DNA from: Tubiluchus corallicola
Taxonomy: Eukaryota; Animalia; Priapulida
Direction of reading: 5' to 3'
Length of the DNA stretch: 64,000 bases
Assembly (NCBI GenBank): GCA_030141605.1
Contig: JAQGDQ010000405.1
Location: 124,001 to 188,000 of the forward strand
The notes under the pieces are model-generated. The model was not told the DNA's origin. It saw only the letters and a program-made list of their open reading frames with translations, and ran no database searches. Below, in pieces: positions 13,301 through 25,300 of this stretch. Position numbers and translations under genes: made by a program. Numbering within the stretch: the first letter of the stretch is position 1; each line of letters starts with the position of its first letter.

Positions 13301-16300
13301 GCAGAGTGATCTTATAGAGAGACACTCTGGCTGGTATAGGCAGATGGCTGGCGGAAATTATTTTATATCTGTTCGGCAGCTTTTGCAGTCTGAAAAGAGC
13401 ATTAGGACATCTTCGCTTGTCAAATTTAATGATTTAAAAATACCTGAGATATCAAAACGATTCAGTGCTTGTAACACAAGTATCAATGATAACTGTGGAG
13501 ATCTCATACTTTCAAATATCATATTGATATTGACTTCAAGAAGATTTTTGTGGAGTAACATATTTTGTTAGTGGTTATGCTGCTAAAGTTGCAGCAAGTG
13601 GCTTGAAATGTAATGACTGCATTAGTTTTATTAAGTCTCAACAACCTCTACATGATGAGGACCTTTTTGACTTAACTACAGTTCCTGTTATAGATGCCCT
13701 TTTTTCCTCAGTAGATAAGAGGTGGTTTGTGCCGCCTAACAGAATTTCCATTTGTTGACTGTTATTATGTATGGTGCTATATACAATTTCTTCTAAAGCA
13801 GGAAAGTTTTAAAACATTTTTGTCAGCTGACTATTCCCATCTGAAGGTGTTGTCTACTGTCATTCTTGAAAAGCTGGAGTCGGAACATATGGACATTAGT
13901 AGTAGTGCCTGCAAAAGTACACATATATGCAGTAGCCTTTTGCGTAGACTAATTCTCATTTTGTCAAAACAATTTTTAAAAATATAACAAATGTTCATGC
14001 TAACGACAATATACGTCCCGCCGGAAGTTAATGCTGGTTCCGCCATCGAATTATCACAGGTGATTTTTATCACGCAAATTTAAAAACGAGACTCCCGAAT
14101 TATTGTCAACACATTAAATGTCATACAAGGAAGCACAAAATTTTAGATCGCTGTTATACAGTAAAGGATGTTTATAAAGCCTTGCAACATGCACCCCTGG
14201 GCGATGCAGACCACAACATGACCACGTGGTTCCAAAATATAAACAGCAGTTGAAGATATATAGACTGGAACATCTTCATAAATTTCTCAGAGTCAATCGA
14301 CGAATGTACTGATGTTGTTGTTGAGTATATGAAATTTTGTGAAGAGATCTGCATTCCAGCTAGGACTGTGGTACTTAAAAAGTTGTGGTTCAACGGCTCT
14401 ATTTCGTCTAAAATCCGGGTGAGACAAATAGCCCATAAATCTGGTGACCAGGAATAATACAAAATCGCGAAGTATGATCTCCGGAAATCAATCGTCTGTC
14501 AAACGGGATCTTAAAAATAAATTGGAGAGAGACTTTGTCTAATAACACTCAAGAACTTGTCAAGGACTAAATAAAATTACGAATTACAAACCCAAATCAA
14601 AAAATATTAGACGACCCAACTTTACCGGATAAGCTGAATAATTTTTATAGTTGTTTTCGTAAAGAAACGGGACCATTGGATTATTTGAACAGGTCAACTT
14701 ACAATAACACTCGGTCCCTTGTTATACAAGATGTGCAGTGAGAGTTGGCAAACTGAAAGTTAAAAAATCTGCAGGACCAGATTGTGTAACACCGCGGCAT
14801 GTGCGATACTGCTCATATCAACTTGCCTATATTTTAGTCACTTTTATAATTAGTAACTATAGACCTGTGGCTGTAACATCAATGTTAAGCAAAACACTAG
14901 AACGTTTGATCTTGCATTTCCTGAAATCTGTGTTGTTTCACCATTTTTGGACCTATTTCAATTTGCATATCGTGCTAATCGTTCAACAGATGATGCTGTA
15001 GTTCTTGTTGTCCATGATGTACTAACACACCTTGATAAATGCAATTGTTATGCCAGAATCCTTTTCGTTGATTTCAGTTCAGCTTTCAATACGATTCTGC
15101 CACTAAAATTGTATTATAAAATCACGGCACTCAACATGCCTGACTGGCTGTGTAATTTCGTACCTGAGTTCTTGACAGGGCGATCACAGATCGTCAATTA
15201 ATGGAAGCACTACCCTTTTTTCAACTTCAAAGTTGTTAATACACGAGCTCCTCAAGGGTGCGTCCTGTCTCCAATTCTATACACATTGTTTACATATGAC
15301 TGTGAAGTATCTTCCCCAAATACTATGATGGTAAAATTTGTTGATGATACAACACTGGCTGGCCTTATTTACAGTAACAACGAGACTAATTATTTTTAGG
15401 AAGTTCAAAATTTAACGTGATGGTGCTAACAGCATAATTTAGAACAGAATGTTTTAAAAACAAAAGAAATTATCGTAGATTACAGAAAAGATACTGATGG
15501 AAAAGCACCTTTGCTTATAAATAATACAGCTGTAGAAATTGTTAAAAATTTCAAATTTCTGGGAATAAAAATTTCAGATGATCTTAAATGGGAAGCTAAT
15601 GTGCTCTGTTGTAATGGCCCGCCAGCGTATGTACTTTTAAAGACAACTCAAATCATTTAACATTGTCCCTGTTGTGATGGAGAGTTTTTATCGTGCAGTA
15701 ATTCTAAGCATCTTAACAATATCTCTCACTGTTTGGTATGACGCTAACACGCAGGGAGATCACAATGCTCTTTATCAAGTTAAATCCGCCTCAAAAATTA
15801 TAGGAGTTGAACACCTGCTTATGGCATATTTGTATGAAACTATGGTTGCAAAGAGGGCGCAAATTATCATGAAAGATGAATTCCATCCAGGTAATAAATA
15901 ATTTGAAATGCTCCCCTCTGGTCGTAGATTCTGCTTAATTAGCACTAAAATCACAAGAACTTTAAATTCTTTCTGTCCCGGTGCAATTCACACCATCAAC
16001 AGTAAATTTCAGTAAATCTCCAATATTAATTCTTTATGTCACTGTACAACTGATTGAATTATTTGTGTTAATCTCCTTGTTGTTTCTATAAGTTATTGCA
16101 GTACGTAAAACCACATCAATTTCATTTTATGTATTATGCTATAATGACAATAAATTGCTTACTTACTTATGCATATGTGTGCTATAGTCATATAGTATTA
16201 TAAAGTGTTGAATGGTTTTATAAACCTAATATCCGCCATTATGCAAAGTAACATGAAACAAGGAGCCAGTAAGCGACTTTGTAACTAATGTAATTCATTC

Positions 16301-19300
16301 ACCTGGAAACGATTGCATCAGGCCTTTCTCGCAACATTCACAAACAAGCCTTGCGTTAATTTTATAGCTTATTGCATGTTGTATTTACTCAGCCAACTTT
16401 TTCATTTCAGGTTATTGATGAGTTAGCTGAGTATAGAAAGGCTTTTGACTTTAAAGGTGATGTAGACTCTGCTGGTGATGTAATTCAAGTGAGTAGAGTA
16501 AATTCGTATTTTACAACAACATACAAGACTTGTTGAATGGTTCTTTATTAAGTATAGTATATAGTAATTTATTTCAGTATGTAAAATAATTTCTTTTAAC
16601 TTTAGTCAGTTTAACTACACTACAAATTTGAAATGTTTTGTTTCCAATTTTGTTGCAGAAATTTTAAAAATTTTTTTACCTTTCCTCTCTTTTAATATGT
16701 GAGAAGAGATGTATAGTTGCCAATCTTTTCTTTACGCAGGCCACAAGATGTGTGTTTAAAATAAAGAACACCAAAAACACTTTCGTATTGAAACTAATAA
16801 TAAGCAGAAAATCAAGAAAACCAGTGTAAATAGCAAATATACATTTTGCGTGATACATACTTCATGTGACGATGAATTACAGTTTTTTGCCGTTTAAACA
16901 GTGAAATTGGATACCTTTTGCAGTTTGTAAATAAACAGCCCAAGATCGATTTTCTGTTAAGTGGGTATGAGATATCATTACTGAAAAGACTCTTATTAGG
17001 TCTAAAGCAAAGTCTAACAAGAAATAAAAACACCAATGAAGTAAACATGGCCATAAAATTCATTCTAGACGTTTTGGCTGTTCTAGCAGCCATCCTAATT
17101 CTATTTATCAAGGAAACTATTATTGCTACTGATAAGCCTGATCTTAGTACACATGGTAGTTCTATCCTGCTGTTTGTATTCTAATGTTGTTGTGTATGAC
17201 CACAGTGGACTGGCATAATTAATTAATTATTACTTAATTAACTTGTTGTTTTGCTGTTGTTGTAATAACAGTTATTATTAGCATCTGGATTATTGTGGTC
17301 TGCAGGTGTTTCTTTCATAATATTATTTTTTAAATTTTTTTTTCGAGACTTGCCTTTATTACATCTATGTCAAACTTATGGTTTCTTCAACATTCCCTGT
17401 AGGCACAGGCAACATTCATTTTTTGTGATCTCTTACTGTACAAGTGTATGGCTTCTGTAGAACTTTATTTGTTTTGTGTGTAGTTTTTATTAGTTTGATC
17501 TTGTTTGTACCATGTGATTTGTTGCTGCTTTATCTCTCATGGTGGGTTTTCATTCTGTTATTGTTTATTATTAGTATCCCAACTATGACAGCCAAAACAT
17601 GTAGAACAAATTTTATAGCTATGTTTGCTGTTTCATTGTTTTTATGATTTCTTATAATATTACTGAATATAATGTCCATTGTTAATTAGTGACAAAGCAC
17701 TTTGATATTATAAGCATAAGTTATGATACTGTATGACAGCCATAAGCAAAAACTGATGAGTGCCGACTTTTTAACTGCCTTTTTCCGATGCACCATTCCA
17801 TGCGAATTGTGCGTGCAAGCAGTGGTCTAGCATGGGCAGGGCTATTGGAGCGGCTGCCTTGGATGCAAAATTTCAATGACAATCCACACTGTACCACATG
17901 ACCAGCATCACATCACATCACATCACCCCACCCATACCATACCATTAATACCATGCCACACCACACCACCTATATTATACCACATCCACCAAACCATAAA
18001 TCATATCACCCATACCATTCCACCCCACCACACTACACCACAACACCCACACAATGCAACGCCATGTCCACCTCGCTATGCCATCTACAGCACTCTACAA
18101 CAAACCACACACTACAACATTAACCCACACTTCAGTCACCACATACACTACACCATCTAACACCATACGGTGATGATGACCCTGATCATGACGACGATGA
18201 TGACAATGAAAATTACACCACCAACAAAGACATCACAACAGCATAGGAAAACTACTCAAAACATTTTGTATTTGAGAGACTACTACTGCGAAAAGTAAAA
18301 GAAAATCATTTTTGAGTAGTTTGTAAGAAAAATATCTGTAAGAAAAATCATAACAAGATAGAGCAAACCAGTTTTGAACTTAAAAAAGAAACAAAGCAAT
18401 TAATGATAAAGCATTCATTAATAAAGACACTGAATAACAAGAAATGAACTTACATCATGGCTGTACTAATCTTGATAAATAAATGGTTTAACTGAGACGA
18501 ACAACAACAACAACAACTTTCTTAGCCAAGAACAGACTGCCAACAGACAAGGTAAATTTGCTGTGTCAGTAAAGCATGACATAAAGAAGCCAAGTCAAGA
18601 CGTACATGAATGCAGTTTAAAAGAGAGAAAGAGCATGGGGGTGCTTAAGGAATAAGTGTACACTAAAGTAAATAAGCTAAAGTCCTTCACATTGTACAAA
18701 GCTGAAATTGTATACTGTGATAAATGCTGTTAGACCCATCCACTAATGATCAATAATACATAGACATTCTATATAGTTTTTGTTTAGTGTATATCAAATG
18801 ATAATGGACTGATTGATACAACCCACATGTACAATCTGCAACACAGTAGAGTGACAGGTGATGACAATACTAACAGCCACATATTTTCAGAAAGAGAGAG
18901 ACAATAGCCATTTCAAAACTGTGCAGCACTAGGGGGGGGCAGTAAAAAAAACTTTAAAATGTGCTCTTTCCATTTCGTTTAGTGGACATCTCTCCTAACA
19001 AAGTCTTCACACCTTTATACAGCTTCTTCCTCTTTCCGAGAGTGTGTTTATTTTTTCCCAAAGTACCCAAACAGTCACACAGATCGATTTTTCTGGAGGC
19101 TGTTTCTGCAAAATTTGGGCGGATTAATCCAGGAAAACTCCCACTGCAGGCAACAGTAGGCTTGGCACGAATTCTAAATTGCCCAACTATACCCAGCATT
19201 GAACAGACTCTCCAGCCATTATCAGTACTATTTCCCGCACGTTCCTGTTATCTAGAAGTAAGATGTATAGGTTTTGCGAAAAGGGTGAAAATTGTCATTT

Positions 19301-22300
19301 TTGGAGGTATTTGGTGCCTTGTTCCTTCCGGTGGCCCTGATTGAAAAAATAAGAACTCGTTGGGACCACACTAGATCAAGAACTTTCATCTGAAATATAA
19401 ATCACCGAAAATAGTGTCGTCGTTAGAGCTACAGTCATGGCAGTTATATATATATATATGTTACAGGCAAAGTGTGAAATCGGGTAGCCTATAGAATGCC
19501 CAGGCATTTTATACAATGCCAAAACAAATCAGGTAATGTGACTAAAACAGGTCATTTTACACTTTTCCTAGGCATTATATACAATGCAAAAGTTTCTTTA
19601 GGCAAAGTATGTGTTTCTTAGATTTTAAGTATATGTTTCTTAGGCATTTTACAGAATGTTGAACAAATTTCAGTTAATATAAAATAAAACAAATGTTCAG
19701 TTGTTCTAATGCAATTTTCCTAGGCATTTACGTAATGCCAGTTTTATTTTAGGGAATATGTCAAGTTGAACCAGGCGATGCTTCAACGTACCTGCAAATT
19801 TGTTTGATTCGTTGGTTGGCTTTTTCTCCTGTCTGAGAATTCTGTTGTTCCTCTTCTATGGTGGACAGAGAGTGAAAATGAGAAAGAGATGCAAGCCTTA
19901 TAGTCTGATGTGCAGGCTACATTTCATAAAACACTGTCAAGCATGTGGTTTAATTTGTTGCACATCAAATTTCTATTAATAACCGCTTCTTTTTCCATGA
20001 CAATACCAGTCATAGCCATTTAAACTATGCACAACATGCAAAATTGTATTTATGCAAGCTCTAAGGCTTGCATCTAAGAAGACTTAAAAAAATTGACTTA
20101 ATGAATATGTGCATAGTGCTAAGCCTGTTCCTAAGCACAAACAAATTTACGAAAAAAATCGTAGGAAGTTGACTGCATTTGGCCGAGGTCTTAATTGCTA
20201 GCTATATAAAGTGATCCACCTGATTGAGCAGCATTTATGCATGCCATACAATGCCTAGGTAATGTAAAAAATATCTAGTAATGGGTGGATTGAACACAAA
20301 TTCTGTTAATTTTTTGCCAATGTCACTTCACACATTTTATGTAAATCCTAGTTATTATAAGAAACAACTAGGTACAGAGAGTGAGTAAGTCGCAGGAAAA
20401 AGATTTATTTCACACTTTTTCCAAAATGCATGTATAGGTATTATATTCTAAATTTTACACATTGCCTGTAACATATACACAAACATATACAGATAACACA
20501 ACTATGTAATAAGTAATACTTGAGCTTATAATATAATATAATGATATAATATATATTACTATATGTTGTGATACGTAGCGAGCTGCACTGTGGCACCTCT
20601 GCAGCACTTCAGTAAGTGCAACAGTTAACACACCTTCAGAGTTTCAGCATCTTAAGCATGAAAGTTACAGAAAACTGAAAGTAGTGGGTAGGATCAAAGC
20701 ATGTCGGTAAAATACGTGTGTGCTCTTGTGTGTACGCAAACTTCGACAGGCTTGAAAAGTAGCGAATGTTAAGTTTAAAAGATTCCACTCAACACCAAAT
20801 ATTAATGAATCTCGTGCACATTCATGTTGACGCGTGTTGATTTTAAACTAGTTTTTACATGGGTAGCTAAATACCTGTTACTTTATATTCAGATACATGA
20901 TTCAGATTGTGATAAGTTTTAGCAATATTCAAGAAATTTGAATCCTTTGTACTTGCAAAGAAAAGCATCCACCCAGCCAGGATGTTATTTGCAGTGTTAG
21001 CTTAGCAATAGACATCCAGTATCGTATGCGATAAAGTTTCAGAAATCATGAGAGTTGTTTCTGCCCTTATGTGGCCAGATTTCCTAATTACTAGCATTCT
21101 CAATGAGTCAGTTATGCGTGCTAGTTATTATGCATTGAATGAATTTTCACCAGTTTGCTATAGCTGTACAACTGAAACATGTTGATTTACATACATTATA
21201 GGATTCGTGGAATGGTAGCTGGCACAACAGCTGTACAAGAAGGTTCTTTAAATTTAAATTAATTAAAAGATATCGTAGAAATACAATAAGTCAAAGAACA
21301 TTGAATAGTCTAACACTATTGGCTATTGAAAGAGATTTTGACATAAACTTCAAACTGTGATGGAAAAATTTGCTTTCATTAAAAGATTTTAAATGAATTT
21401 GTGTATAATGCATTTTACTTTAATTACATTAGTATTTTTCTTAAAATACAATATATGTACTTAGGTTGAGGAAGGGGTGCCAAAGTTAAACTTACCTGGG
21501 GCGCTTGCTACCCACTCTCTACCACTTTTTACCCAAGTGAAAATTTGATATAAGTTTATGGCTTCATTTCGTGATCATTGGTATGAGTCGCTGTTTAGTG
21601 GTGCTCCAAAATAGCAAGACACATTGCCAAGTAATGTGCCATTCTTTTGTATTTAGCAGTGCATAAAAGAACCTACACTTACCATGGCCTTTTTACTACT
21701 GTAAATTATATGCACCTTGAAATTTGTGCATAAGCGTGTCCTTGCAAAATTCGCATACATTTCCAGCATGCAGTAATTTTACGTCTTACGGTATGTTGGA
21801 CATTTTATCTGTTGTTTTTATTCAAGCAAGCTGTTACCTCACAATATGTTTAATTAAATTAGTAAATATTAACATACGGTTAATTTTCAAGGACGCAGGC
21901 ATGGTTGTCATGTCAGATGCATTTGTTTATGGGTTAGACTCTGAGGAATTGATGATAACAGGGCTTGGGTCGCGAATTGGTCCAGGTAAAATGCCTCCGA
22001 TCTCATTGAGGCAAATGAAGGGAAAAAAGACAACGGCAGAAGAAAAAAGAGTAAGACATATTTTTCCGGAAACCTGGATGTGGATAAATGCTACAACAAA
22101 AGCGTAAGTGGAGGGTGTACAATATAAAGATATAAGGTTTGATTACAGCGTTATTAACTAGGCAAAAGTATTCGACTAAAAGTAAAAGCCCAGCCTCATC
22201 AACAGTTTTCCATCAAAATTTAAAGAACATATTCTGAAATATTTTGGCCTATTTTGTAAAATAATCAATGTATTTGTAATACCGTATTTTCCCGTGTATA

Positions 22301-25300
22301 AGAGACCCTTTTTTGCTCAGAATTTTCACTTTAAAAATAGGGGGTCTCTTATACATGGGAGTAAGTCTTTTCAATAAGATGCATAAATTGTGACACTAAT
22401 GATTTTAAAGAAATAAGTGCTCTACAACTGTTTTGCGTGTCGCGTTCGACTATGAAGCGGTTGTAAGCAATACAAGCATCGTGACACAGGCATTATCTCC
22501 TCGTTTTCTCTTTTCCTGTTACAGGTTTGCAGGTACGCACTTTAATATATACCAGTACTCTTTTTCTACAACACATTAACTGGTTTTATTTTGTTTTCAG
22601 TACCGCACTGAGTTGAAAAAAGTTGTACTTTACCCTCTAAAAATGTCCGTCTGAAAAAACTTTTTTCCAGAATTTTTGCCTAAAAATTGAAGGGGTCTCT
22701 TATACACAAGGGTCTCTTATACACGGGAAAATACGGTAATTAGACTAATTTACATGCAATACTTGCTTTCTCTGTCTGCAGTCAACAGTTTTCGGATCAC
22801 ACGACCGTCGGCTTGTGATATTATCGCAGGAACACTGATTGTGAGAGACTACTACTTCATGATGCCCAAAGTCAAAAAAATTCATGTTTGAGTAGCTTTA
22901 TTACGTTTTATCTGTAAAACAAATCATAACAAAATATGACTAACTAATTTGAGCAAAAAAGGAAACAAAGAAATTAATAATAAAGTGAGACTGAATAATC
23001 AAAATAAACTTACATCATGGCTCTACTACTCTTGACAAATAAATGGTTTAACTGAGACAAAACAACAACAACAACTCTCTTAGCCTAGAACAGACTGCCA
23101 ACTAGCCAGGTAAACTAGCTCTGTCAGGAGAGCATGACAGAAAGAAGCTAAGTCAGGACATACGTACATGAATGCAGTTAAAAAGGACAGTATAAGGGGG
23201 TTTACAGAATGAAAGAACACTGAAGTACAACCTAAAATCCTTCACACCGCCCCCTTAAATGCGACTTTAATTACAAGAGCATTTACCAAATTGAGTTTAC
23301 AACAGAAATTACATGTGTCCTTCAATTAAACATAATTGATTAACATGTCGTCTTAGAATGCCAGAAGCTGTCTTCAATGTTGCAAACCGCACCAAACCAT
23401 CTTCATCAGGACTGGCTACTACTACTCTGCCTAGAGCCCAGCTGCTTCGTGGAGTCTGGATGTCTTTAATTAGGACGATGTCACCTTCTTGGATGTTTTT
23501 CTTGGCTCTGTTCCATTTAGACCTTTGCTGGAGCATAACTATATATTCCTTCTTCCACCTTTGCCAAAATATGTTGGCCATATGTTGAATGTGGCGCCAT
23601 CTTCTTGAGTACACATCACAGTCGGTGAATTTTCCAGGTGGTAGAGTAGGACCATTGCGCAGTAACAGCAAGTGATTAGGAGTCAGAGGTTCGCGTCATC
23701 TGAAACTACAGAAATCGGACGACTATTAGGATATTCTCAACCTGACAAAAATATGTGTGTAATGCTTCATCATCTATGGTGTGCTTGTCCATGATAAAGG
23801 TAAGTGTTCGTTTTACACTCTTTATCAGCCGCTCCCAAACTCCTCCAGTGTGTGGAGACTGAGGAGCATTAAATCGCCATTCGATTACCTTTTTTGTAAT
23901 GCCTTGGAAATGTCCTCATTGTTCCACTGCTCGATCGATCTCTTCAGTTCACGATCTGCTCCAGTTAAATTAGTGCCACAATCAGATCGCAGCATCTTGG
24001 GTTCGCCTCTTCGACAAACAAATCTTTGGATAGCATTAATTAAGGAGTCAGTTTCCATTGTATATAGCCAACACTGCCATCTTTCTTGGATACAACTGTC
24101 CAATTCATCATCCCAAGACTTCCTGTGAAGTACAGTGGCTTCCTGAAAGAGAAGTTTTCCTCGAACAACATAGGGAGATAAGAAGCCCAGGGGATCATAC
24201 ACCGAGCATAAAATGCTCAACATTCCTCTTCTAGTGTAGGGTTTCTGCTTGAGCTTGATTTTGACATAAAAAACGTCTCTGTGCATGTCCCACTCGACTC
24301 CTAAGACTCTCTCTCTAGGTAAATTGTCGTAATGCAAATCCAAGGTTTTGACCGATTTTCCACGTTTCTCTGCTGGTATGCTTTCCAAGACTTCTTTCTT
24401 GTTGCTCAGCCATTTGGTAAGGTTGAAACCACCTTCAGCTAATAGTGAAGTCATTTGATGAACTAAGTTACAAGCAGCTTCCACAGTATCAAGTATCAAC
24501 CGACTTTAAAAAATCATCGATGTAAAAGTTCTGTTCAACAGCCTGGGTTATTTCCTTGTCGTACTTGTCTTCATTGTCAGTGACTGTGCGTCCAAGGGCA
24601 AAAGAAGAGATACTGGGAGACCATACGCCTCCAAAGAGATGAACTGTCATCCGATAAACTTTTACAGTGTCTTCCAGATTTCCGTCTCTCCAATATAAGA
24701 ATCTCAGTGGCCTGACACGGACCTGGTAAAACATGGCTTTAATATCTGCCATGACAGCGACGCCCTCCAGACGAAAGCGTATAACAACTCCTATGAGCTT
24801 GCTAGTCAAGTCAGGACCTTGCAAGACAACGTCGTTAAGTGAGACTCCATTAAACTTGGCCCTGCAGTCGAAACCAATGCGAGTTTTATCAGGCTTGTTG
24901 ACATTAAAAACTGGGAAATGAGGGATATACCATATCTTCCCCATGACGCCTGAATCTTCATCAACTTCTTCAGCATATCCACAAGTTAACAGATTGTAGT
25001 TTCTGCTGAATACTTTTTGTGCAGTTCTGGATGTTTAGAAAGTCTGATCTTCAAACTTGATAGTCTGGATTCAGCCATTGGTCGATTATCCTCCAAATTT
25101 GGATCGTGCTCCTTAAAGGGAATGGCTAATTGATAATGGTTATCAGCAGTTTTTACTATACTATTTTCCCAGATTTTTAGTGCACGCTTGTCTTGTTTTG
25201 AATGAGTTACAGTTTCATCATCGTCATTGATGCATCTCTCCAATCTCCAAAATTTTTCAACCTGTGTTGACAGTATGTGATCATTGTCTATGTCAACGTG

